The translations under genes were made by a program, and so were the position numbers. The notes below the pieces were generated by a model. That model made no database searches. It was not told where the DNA came from and saw only the letters and a list, made by a program, of their open reading frames with translations. A DNA stretch of 38,460 nt from Candidatus Woesearchaeota archaeon (GTDB lineage Archaea > Nanobdellota > Nanobdellia > Pacearchaeales > GW2011-AR1). Where the stretch lies: positions 1 to 38,460 of the forward strand of contig CAZSWH010000002.1 in assembly GCA_964611235.1 (NCBI GenBank), read 5' to 3'. Below, piece after piece: positions 25,032 through 32,686 of this stretch; position 1 is the stretch's first letter; every line of letters starts with the position of its first letter.

Positions 25032-25777
25032 CCGAAATATCCTGCTGGCCACGCAATGCTCCTGCTGGCGAACTGAAATTTATTTTCAAATATTTTGCTA
25101 TTGATTGTGTAAACTGTTGTCCCGTCGTCCATTTTCATTTTTTCAATGTAGTAATCAGGATAAAAGTCATTTATGTAATCCACATCAGAATCCCCATAGG
25201 CAGTTTCAAATTGGAGGAGTGAAGTAGCGAGCATTAAAATATCGTAGAGAGGAGAGTTGACTTCAATATTAAATCTTGAAAATTTCCCGGGGCCGATTGT
25301 GGTAGGGGCATTAATAAAGATTTTTATGATTTCAGGTTCTATTGAAATGTTGTAGTTCAATTTTCCTGGGGTGACATCATAGCCTTCTGCTTTTAATTCT
25401 GAAAGAGAATCTTCATAACAATTGTTTATTTTTTGAGAAACATATTTTTCTAACTGCTCTTCAAAATGCTGTTTTAAAAAAGGTTTTTGGATAGTGCATG
25501 TTTTATAATACTCAGTAGTGTAACAAAGGTAAGTAATTTTCTCGTCTTTGTAAGGATAAGTAAGTTCAGGATTTATGTAGCCTGCATTTTTTTCTAATTC
25601 TTTAACAGATTCTTCTATTGTTTCCCTGACGCATCCTTCAAAACTTAATTTTCCTCCTCTCTCTGAGATATAAGTTGGTCTAAACCATAAAAAGAAAATT
25701 AGAATAATTGAGATAATAACAATCCCTAAAATAATAAATAATGTTACCTGCCCTTTTTTTGCGAACCTCTTTCCCAT
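25028..25777 (-). CDS. Prepilin-like protein, paralog of 29499-30248
   Basis: N-terminus MGKRFAKKGQVTLFIILGIVIISIILIFF. Shared blocks with the paralog: C-V-x-E-x-IE-x-SV, TYLCY..YY..C, PLY, and a C-terminal (A/S)-x-(W/F)P(A/P)G. Confidence 0.55.
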   Translation of the reverse strand: MGKRFAKKGQVTLFIILGIVIISIILIFFLWFRPTYISERGGKLSFEGCVRETIEESVKELEKNAGYINPELTYPYKDEKITYLCYTTEYYKTCTIQKPFLKQHFEEQLEKYVSQKINNCYEDSLSELKAEGYDVTPGKLNYNISIEPEIIKIFINAPTTIGPGKFSRFNIEVNSPLYDILMLATSLLQFETAYGDSDVDYINDFYPDYYIEKMKMDDGTTVYTINSKIFENKFQFASRSIAWPAGYFG

Positions 25778-25821
25778 CTTTATTTTAGTTATTTTCTATT
25801 TATAAATTCTATTATATTGCA

Positions 25822-28800
25822 TTAAGTAGGAGAAATAGTAATGGAGCACCCTGCTGGAAGATTTTCGAACTCGTCCTTGCATTTGATATAATAAATTTGT
25901 CCGCGGAATATTTCTATAGTGTGTTTTTCTCCAAGAGAAGTTGATGTTTCATTATTCCATTTAAATTCGCAGTTGGTTTTAGAATAACTGCACTCTGCTG
26001 GTTCGTTTGTGATAAAATATATTTTTCCTTTTTCCTGCCAAACTCTTGCTATCTGTGGCGATGAACTGTCAATTTCAGATTCTTCCTCCTCTTCCTCCTC
26101 TTCCTCGTAATTTTCTGTTTCATATGAACTGTCAAGTAAGATTTCAAATTCTGCCTTTCCTCTTACGAAGTCACCTGTTTCATCTTTACATTCAATATAA
26201 ATTATGTTTTGTTTTGAAGGGACGCTTAAGCCTGGTTGTTTGTGGATTCTTGCTTCGCCTGTCTCAAAAATTTCTATCATTTTTTCGTAGCCTGACATTG
26301 AGTATGAACAAATATGGTATTCTCCTCCGCCTGAAGTTCTTACCTGAATTTCTATTGTAGTGAATTCTGTTGAGGTTCTGAAATCCTCATTTGGGGCAAT
26401 CCAATCTATTGTGATTTTGCTTTCAGGTTTTCTCAGTGTATATAGTGTGCTTTGCGTGTTGGCGTTTCTTTCGTTGCTTCGGTTTAATTCTTCAAGCCAT
26501 GGCTGGTCTTTGCATCTTATATAGTATTTGTTTTCAATGGATGTTATCGATAGGGTTGTTTCGCAGGAATATCCTTGTGTTGATGATGGCGATTCAAACC
26601 CATCTTCACAAATCATTTTATTGTTCATCATAGAGTAATCTTTGTCTGAGGTGTCCCATTTACAAGTAGATAGTTCGTTTGTTATTACTTTGATTTTTTC
26701 TTCTGTTGAATTGAAACTGATTAATCTATTGTCTTCAGGTTCTATTGCACGGATTCTTGGGGCGGTTTTGTCCGGTCCTTGATTGACGCACATATCTATT
26801 GTATAAAAGTTCTGAGTCTCGTGTCCGTTAGTGTCTTGGCATTTTACATAAAGAGTCAATTCTCCAGACCAATCAACTCCGTGGCTCTCTCCGTGGCTCG
26901 GGTCAGGAAGCGTGAAAAACATTGTGTGGTTATATCCAAAAAGATTTGAGCCGAAGTCAAAGTTCATTTCAGAGAAGTCTTTCATTTCTAAGTCAAATCT
27001 GCATTGCGCTGGTTCGTCTGTTGTGATTCCAAATAAGATATCAGTGTAAGCGTCAAGGCATTCTCCTTGAGTAGAGGAAATTTTGAATCCTTTGTCAGAT
27101 ATGCTACTGTATTTTTTATTTTCAGAGATTACTCCATATTGTGGTTGGAGCTTTGGAGGGATTACATCATTTGGGTTTTTGTGGACACATAGTTCGTTGT
27201 TTGTTCCTTTGTTTACTAATTCGCAGGCAGCACCTAAATTTTGGCATCTGTATTCAGAGCAGGGCTTTAGCGGGTCGCCATTACATTTTTCACAATCGCT
27301 TCCTCCTGTCGGCGGTTGCCATGGTTTGCATTCAAATGTAACTGTTTTTGGGTCGCAGTCAGAACCTCCGAAGAATAAAGAGATGATTGTAAGAATGATT
27401 CCTATAATCATAAGAGGAGCAAATAAGGCTCCTAATTCGATAATACCTAAAACCTGAGTCATTGCTGATCCAACCATACTCCCACCAACAGCCATTAAAA
27501 TTGAACCAATAGGAGCGAGCCCAAGGGCTTTGGCTAAATAAGCTCCTGTAAGCATTCCGATGCCTGCTCCAATCGCAGCGCCGGCAAAACCTGCCATATT
27601 AGCAGTAAATCCTGCCCCCACTGGATCAACAAGTGGTGCAGCTATACCAGAAAGCTCTGCAAGAGTTAGACTTCCTGTAGCATAAACTCCTGCAGCATAT
27701 CCTATCCCTAAAAATCCTGCCCCTGTTTTCATAAAATCACTTGTTATATCATAATCTTCTCCATTTTCTCCACCGCTTATAACTCCTGCAGATTTAAGGT
27801 ATTTAGTATAATCTTCAACTTCTGCTCTCTGCCCTGGAATAGGATTTGCTAATTGTTTTAATTTATTTATCCATGAAGAACTTAGCCTTGGGGCTTTTGT
27901 AACTTTATAATTTTCAGTGTATTTTCCTACAATGTTTACTTCGCCTCCACAATCGCCGAGTGACCTGCAAAAGTCGTTCATTTTTTGTGTGAATTCTTCT
28001 GTTAAACAATCTCCATTATATTCTATCTCACATCCTCCAAATAGTTTTGGTTTATAGACAACTGTGCATTTTTGCGTTGCCATTCCACAGATGGCTTTTG
28101 CTGTTTCAGAGTATCTCTGGTCAGTTAAATCAAAACCTGCAGGATATTTTGGAGTGCACACATCAAAACTAAATTTATCTGCTATATTCACTTTTTCTAT
28201 TCTGCAATTTAGAGTTTTTGCACATTTTTCCAAGCCGTCTTCTTCGCTGTTAAGGGAAATACATTCTCTCCAATTGTTTGCTACACAAGAAGATGTTCTA
28301 AATTCAATTTCTTTTCCTTCTATGTCAAAAGTGTTTGATTGAATACAAATCTGGTTTCTATAATCAGCACATGGCTCAACTTGTATTTCTCCATTGTTGC
28401 AGACATATCGCCAGTGTCTTGAGCCGACTATATCATCTCCTCCTCCAATTTTTCCGTCATAAACGCACCAGCTCTCTCCATTCTTGTATGCCTCTCCCTT
28501 GAACATACAGGAAGTTGGTTTGCAGTAGAAATTTCCTGAATTAACGTTGAAGTTATTTGCCCCAGCAGAAGAACATATTCCCCCTAAAAATCTATTGCAG
28601 TTTCCACAGGTTTTGCTGTTGGCATTTCCATCTTTATTACTCGCTCCGCAACTTTCTTCCAGCGGGGCGATTTTTTCCCAGTAATTTTGGTCATTCATTT
28701 TTGAGCTGTCATAAATATTGGCTATGTTACCACAAGAATCCAAGAAATAAACTCCATCTTTTCCATCAATACAGGCTGTTTGAGTTGTTTTTTCACAGGA

Positions 28801-29502
28801 AGTGTTAAGTTCTTTTGAGGTGCATAAATATCCTTCATTAAATTCCCCTTTATAATTTAGGCAACTTTTTTCTGTTATTAATTTACATTCTCCTCCGCCA
28901 AGAACGCACGCTCCTTCTTTTTGGGTTGATGAAAGTAATATGCATTGAAGTTCGTTTAAGTCTGATTTCCATTCCAGTTCTAACCCTCTCCACGAACTTT
29001 CTGTCTGGCATTGTCCTTGTGTTACGAATAGTGAGATACTCCCCAAGACACAGCATCCTTTTTTTGCTCCAGGGAGATTGCAGTTTGGGTCAGAGTTCCA
29101 ACTTGCAGTGCAGTCAGCTCTTAAAACATTGTTGTCATAAATTCCTTTTTTTTCATTATAACAACAGCCTTTTACACAAAAGGAGGTGCTTGAGCAGAGT
29201 GCTCCTTCAGCGAATTGTCCTGCGCAGTATTCTTCAGTTGAAGTCGCACATTTTTCACTATTTTTATTGATTGAACAACATCCAATTTGTTGTGCTGAAA
29301 CGACCTGGAAAAGGGGTGTTCTAATTTTTTTGTATATCCCTATTAATGCTTTTTCAATTAAGTTGTTTTTTTTGGGGTTTATTCCAAAGTAGTCTTCGTT
29401 GAATAGATTTCTTGAAGAATAGAGGATATAGGAAAAAGCGAAAGTTGAACTTATAATTAATATTAATTCAAAATAAGTGATGATTATCTTTTTTGTTTTC
29501 AT
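25822..29502 (-). CDS. Giant (1226 aa) cysteine-rich membrane protein: N-terminal Cys-rich ectodomain, Gly-zipper hydrophobic region, C-terminal repeat ectodomain
   Basis: Equals the 590-aa type plus the 742-aa type in one chain (alignments given for those two features). The ATG at 29500-29502 forms an ATGA overlap with the upstream stop. Includes a poly-Glu linker (EEEEEEEE). Confidence 0.65.
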   Translation of the reverse strand: MKTKKIIITYFELILIISSTFAFSYILYSSRNLFNEDYFGINPKKNNLIEKALIGIYKKIRTPLFQVVSAQQIGCCSINKNSEKCATSTEEYCAGQFAEGALCSSTSFCVKGCCYNEKKGIYDNNVLRADCTASWNSDPNCNLPGAKKGCCVLGSISLFVTQGQCQTESSWRGLELEWKSDLNELQCILLSSTQKEGACVLGGGECKLITEKSCLNYKGEFNEGYLCTSKELNTSCEKTTQTACIDGKDGVYFLDSCGNIANIYDSSKMNDQNYWEKIAPLEESCGASNKDGNANSKTCGNCNRFLGGICSSAGANNFNVNSGNFYCKPTSCMFKGEAYKNGESWCVYDGKIGGGDDIVGSRHWRYVCNNGEIQVEPCADYRNQICIQSNTFDIEGKEIEFRTSSCVANNWRECISLNSEEDGLEKCAKTLNCRIEKVNIADKFSFDVCTPKYPAGFDLTDQRYSETAKAICGMATQKCTVVYKPKLFGGCEIEYNGDCLTEEFTQKMNDFCRSLGDCGGEVNIVGKYTENYKVTKAPRLSSSWINKLKQLANPIPGQRAEVEDYTKYLKSAGVISGGENGEDYDITSDFMKTGAGFLGIGYAAGVYATGSLTLAELSGIAAPLVDPVGAGFTANMAGFAGAAIGAGIGMLTGAYLAKALGLAPIGSILMAVGGSMVGSAMTQVLGIIELGALFAPLMIIGIILTIISLFFGGSDCDPKTVTFECKPWQPPTGGSDCEKCNGDPLKPCSEYRCQNLGAACELVNKGTNNELCVHKNPNDVIPPKLQPQYGVISENKKYSSISDKGFKISSTQGECLDAYTDILFGITTDEPAQCRFDLEMKDFSEMNFDFGSNLFGYNHTMFFTLPDPSHGESHGVDWSGELTLYVKCQDTNGHETQNFYTIDMCVNQGPDKTAPRIRAIEPEDNRLISFNSTEEKIKVITNELSTCKWDTSDKDYSMMNNKMICEDGFESPSSTQGYSCETTLSITSIENKYYIRCKDQPWLEELNRSNERNANTQSTLYTLRKPESKITIDWIAPNEDFRTSTEFTTIEIQVRTSGGGEYHICSYSMSGYEKMIEIFETGEARIHKQPGLSVPSKQNIIYIECKDETGDFVRGKAEFEILLDSSYETENYEEEEEEEEESEIDSSSPQIARVWQEKGKIYFITNEPAECSYSKTNCEFKWNNETSTSLGEKHTIEIFRGQIYYIKCKDEFENLPAGCSITISPT

Positions 29503-30248
29503 ATTCCTGGAGGAAACGCGCAACTCCGAATTGCAAATTTAAATTCTTTTCCAGTCTTCTTATCTACCACTTTGTAAATTTTACTGCCATCGAAGTCGAT
29601 TCTCCATATTTTATATTCTGGGTGGAGGAGCATATAACTGTTATATTCGAAATAGCAATATTGTGATTCGCTGTTGGTAATCTCTCTTGCTATATTAATT
29701 AATTCATAAAGAGGGAACAATAAATCAAAGCTGAAATCTTCAAAATTCTGGGAACTTTCGTCTTTTAATATCTGAACTTTCTTTTTTACATCCACTCTTA
29801 TTTTTCCAGGAAGTAAAATAATTGAAAGATTTGTAGCACCCCCACTGACCTCAAGACCCTCTCCTTCATAATCTTCTTTCATTCTGTTGAAACAATCTTG
29901 AACTTCATTTTTAATATCCTCTTTTATTTCATACTCTATTTTTTCCTGAAGTATTGGGTAAAGATTATAACAAGAAAGGTAATAGTCCCCTTGATAACAA
30001 AGATAAGTGTAATATTCTCCGTCGTATAAAATTTTTTGTTGTTGTTGGAGTCCTCCCCCATTTTTTAATATAATATCAACTGACTTTTCTATCGATTCTT
30101 TTACACATTTCTGAATGTAACTTTTGGGGTTGGTGATTATTGGTTTCTCATCTTTAATTTTGTTTGAAAGAAGAAAGAAAAGAATAATGACTATAAATAT
30201 TAATATTCCAAGGATAATAAAAATCGTGACCTGTCCTTTATTTTTCAT
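29499..30248 (-). CDS. Prepilin-like protein, first gene of the locus
   Basis: N-terminus MKNKGQVTIFIILGILIFIVIILFF (KGQ followed by a hydrophobic helix). The ATG at 30246-30248 is preferred over the TTG at 30254. Confidence 0.55.
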   Translation of the reverse strand: MKNKGQVTIFIILGILIFIVIILFFLLSNKIKDEKPIITNPKSYIQKCVKESIEKSVDIILKNGGGLQQQQKILYDGEYYTYLCYQGDYYLSCYNLYPILQEKIEYEIKEDIKNEVQDCFNRMKEDYEGEGLEVSGGATNLSIILLPGKIRVDVKKKVQILKDESSQNFEDFSFDLLFPLYELINIAREITNSESQYCYFEYNSYMLLHPEYKIWRIDFDGSKIYKVVDKKTGKEFKFAIRSCAFPPGI

Positions 30249-30329
30249 TAGCAAATCGCAGATTTGATTAGAACTGACTTGTTCAGTTCACAACCTTCCC
30301 TTCACTGCCTTCAGGATTTTATTTTTCAT
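30249..30329 (-). repeat. Leader repeat copy 3 (more diverged distal half)
   Basis: The proximal 48 nt (including the ATG) are identical to copy 2. The distal part is diverged, with one indel, but keeps the hairpin core. Confidence 0.75.
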
Positions 30330-30474
30330 TTTCCTCTCTAAAAAGCAAATCTATTGCAGCTTCGATAACATGGGATTTATTTCTAAAATTTCTCTTTTTA
30401 GTAATTTCTTTTATTTTCTGAATAGTTTCTTTTTCTACACTGGCGGAAATTCTTTTTTTTGTAATTGTGAGAAT
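30319..30474 (-). CDS. Possible ribbon-helix-helix (CopG-like) DNA-binding protein; no canonical start codon found
   Basis: Minus-strand frame reads ..ITKKRISASVEKETIQKIKEITKKRNFRNKSHVIEAAIDLLFREENEK* with a typical RHH strand-helix-helix pattern. The open frame after the stop at 30484-30486 contains only ATA/ATT/TTA-type codons, so the start is unresolved. Confidence 0.3.
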   Translation of the reverse strand: MLTITKKRISASVEKETIQKIKEITKKRNFRNKSHVIEAAIDLLFREENEK

Positions 30475-30652
30475 ATATAATATTTTTTAATATATAATAT
30501 TATATAATAATATACTATTTAAATATTTCTTTTATAGGATTACGGATTAAAATTCTTTTAGTTAGATTTATAAAGTATTTTTTTCAAGGTTTAATGGGCT
30601 AAAGTTCCGTTTGCGGTTAACGATTTGCTTTCGAAAGAAAGGCCTTATTAAA

Positions 30653-31183
30653 ATGGCAAGGATAATTTATGAAAAAGATGCAGAGAATTTTGTTTTGAGT
30701 TTAGCAGAAGCTTTGAAAAAAATTCCTGAGTTTGAAGTTCCTGAATGGTCTTTATTTGTTAAATCAGGAAATTCTCGGGAAAGACCCCCCGTTAGTATTA
30801 ATTTTTGGTATATTCGTGCAGCTTCTATGTTAAGACAATTGTACATAAAGGGGGTTGTAGGTGTTGGGAGATTAAGAATTAAATATGGTTCACGGAAAAA
30901 CAGAGGAGGAATGCCAGACGAATTTAGGAAGGCTGGAGGGAAAATTATTAGAACGATTTTACAACAATCTGAGAAGGCAGGTTTTGTAGAAAAGGTCACT
31001 AAATTTCAATACGGAAGAAGATTAACAGATAAAGGAAGAAAATTTTTAGATTCTATTGAAGTTGAAGAGAAAAAAGGAATTAATTTGGATAATGTTAAAG
31101 TTGAAAGTTTAGAGAGTATTAGGGGTCAAGAGATAGAAGAAATAAATAATAATATTGGAGAGAATGGTAAGCAGAAAGGTTAA
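30653..31183 (+). CDS. rps19e: 30S ribosomal protein S19e (eS19)
   Basis: PEWSLFVKSGNSRERPP, NFWYIRAASMLRQLY, GVGRLRIKYGSRKNRG and IIRTILQQSEKAGFV are classic eS19 blocks. The ATG at 30653 is preferred over the TTG at 30611. Has an acidic C-terminal extension. Confidence 0.9.
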   Translation: MARIIYEKDAENFVLSLAEALKKIPEFEVPEWSLFVKSGNSRERPPVSINFWYIRAASMLRQLYIKGVVGVGRLRIKYGSRKNRGGMPDEFRKAGGKIIRTILQQSEKAGFVEKVTKFQYGRRLTDKGRKFLDSIEVEEKKGINLDNVKVESLESIRGQEIEEINNNIGENGKQKG

Positions 31184-31379
31184 ATCTAAAAGTAGTAGAA
31201 AAAGGCATCTTGGCAAGGCTCAGAGTCAGACTAAGTGGGCTCCATTCTGGACTATTTTAAAAAAATTTGGAAAAGGAAAAAAAGTGCATCCTTCTGCGAT
31301 TACTCATATAAGGAGAAACTGGAGGAGAAGCAGTTTAAAAATTAAACCAAGAACAACCAAGAAAAAGTATTTAAAATAA
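31164..31379 (+). CDS. rpl39e: 50S ribosomal protein L39e (eL39)
   Basis: SRKRHLGKAQSQTKWAPFW...HIRRNWRRSSLKI matches the eL39 pattern (KxRLAKAxKQNxxxPxW...RRxWRRxKL). The ATG at 31164 follows GGAGAG. Confidence 0.75.
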   Translation: MVSRKVKSKSSRKRHLGKAQSQTKWAPFWTILKKFGKGKKVHPSAITHIRRNWRRSSLKIKPRTTKKKYLK

Positions 31380-32050
31380 TGGTAGAAGAAGATACAAAAA
31401 AGGAAACCGAAGAGAAAGTTGTTAGTGAAACAAAGAAAGAAACTGTTAAAGAAAAAAAGAAGGAATCTAAACCTGCAGTTAAAAAAGAATCCGAAAAAGT
31501 TAAGGAAGAAAAGATTGAGCTTGAGAGGGAGTATGTTATTCCTTTGAAGAAAAAGGTTTTGAAAGTTCCGAAGTATAAAAGAGCGAAAAAAGCTGTTAGG
31601 ACGATTAGAGAGTTTTTAGTAAAGCATATGAAAGTGGAAAATAGAGATATTAAAAAAGTAAAGATTGATTTGTATCTTAATAATGAGCTCTGGTTTAGAG
31701 GAATAAAGAAACCTGCGAATAAAATTAAAGTTAAGGCAGTTAAGAAAGGAGGGATTGTTTATGTTGAACTTGCAGAGGTTCCTGAGGCAGTTAAGTTTGT
31801 TATTGCAAGGGATAAGAAAAAGAAAGAGAAATCTAAAAAAATAAAAGTGAAAATGTCTAAGCATGAGGAAAAAGAAAAAATAAGTGATGAAGAAAAAACA
31901 GAGGCAATTGAAAAAAAGAAAGCAAGTGTTGAAGAAGGACTGGCAATACAGAAGAAAGTGGCAAAGGATTTGAGACATACTGCTAAACCAGTATCAGGAA
32001 AACAAGATAATTTGGCTGGGAAGACGCAAAGAAAAGCGCTGAAAAAATGA
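31379..32050 (+). CDS. rpl31e: 50S ribosomal protein L31e (eL31) with long Lys/Glu-rich N- and C-terminal extensions
   Basis: Core EREYVIPLKKKVLKVPKYKRAKKAVRTIREFLVKHMKVE...VKIDLYLNNELWFRGIKKPANKIKVKA is eL31. The total length is 223 aa. Confidence 0.8.
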   Translation: MVEEDTKKETEEKVVSETKKETVKEKKKESKPAVKKESEKVKEEKIELEREYVIPLKKKVLKVPKYKRAKKAVRTIREFLVKHMKVENRDIKKVKIDLYLNNELWFRGIKKPANKIKVKAVKKGGIVYVELAEVPEAVKFVIARDKKKKEKSKKIKVKMSKHEEKEKISDEEKTEAIEKKKASVEEGLAIQKKVAKDLRHTAKPVSGKQDNLAGKTQRKALKK

Positions 32051-32225
32051 TTTTGGATTTTTGTTAGATTCTTGTTTTATTTGGGTTGAAGTTCTACAAG
32101 GATTTTTCTTTTAATGTCTGTTAAGTCGTGCGAGGCGAAGGCGACAGTTATTTTTAAAGGCGTTCCATAAAAAGAGTAAATGATGCGTCGAGAACAAGAA
32201 TCAAAGGTCAGTTTTCTGTGTAAGT

Positions 32226-32483
32226 CTATAATGCAGAGCCAATTATTGCGGCAAGAAAAAGCCAAAATATAGAATATATTACTGAAAATACTAAACCTAT
32301 TATGCTTGTTACTAATCCTCCAGTAGAAATTCCGTTAGCAAATATCTTCTTTTGTTGTACGTGGAAAATAATTCCTAATATTCCAGAAACTAATCCAAGA
32401 ATAGGCACCCAACAAAAAACGATGCTGATAATCCCTAAAACTAAGCTTGCGATACCATAACCATTAGACTTAGTTTCCGCCAT
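32226..32483 (-). CDS. Small membrane protein (DUF4190-like, 2-3 TM segments)
   Basis: GIASLVLGIISIVFCWVPILGLVSGILGII pattern. 85 aa. Confidence 0.5.
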   Translation of the reverse strand: MAETKSNGYGIASLVLGIISIVFCWVPILGLVSGILGIIFHVQQKKIFANGISTGGLVTSIIGLVFSVIYSIFWLFLAAIIGSAL

Positions 32484-32686
32484 TAATCAGTATAATTATA
32501 TGGTTATATTTAAATATATCGGAAAGGAAAACTGCCCCTTCTAGACGTTAGCCCTTAAAAATAATTGAAACTAACATCCCCATATCAATACTTCACTATT
32601 GATAATCTCCTAATAAAACATATAATAATTTTCCCTTCCCCTTAATAACTTAATTTAATTCCTCCCACAGAATTCCCTCTTATCCT

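Noticed and set aside
26075-26110. Short tandem tcc/tct repeat in the giant gene.
   Set aside because: It simply encodes the poly-Glu linker (EEEEEEEE) in frame. It is a low-complexity coding repeat, not a separate element.
24669-30329. Considered whether the three identical ~50-70 nt repeats could be a CRISPR array or MITE copies.
   Set aside because: The spacing is 5.5 kb and 24.6 kb rather than tens of nt. Every copy is in the same orientation and ends at a fixed 9 nt from a start codon. I saw no terminal inverted repeats or target duplications. A promoter/leader function fits better.
32077-32265. 62-aa minus-strand ORF downstream of the small membrane protein gene, and a 17-codon plus-strand ORF nearby. 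A weak C-box-like atgatgc was also noticed at about 32181.
   Set aside because: There is no SD or family motif, the product is Cys/Arg-rich, and it overlaps the 3' end of 32226-32483 in another frame. No matching D box (ctga) lies at a suitable distance for a C/D sRNA.
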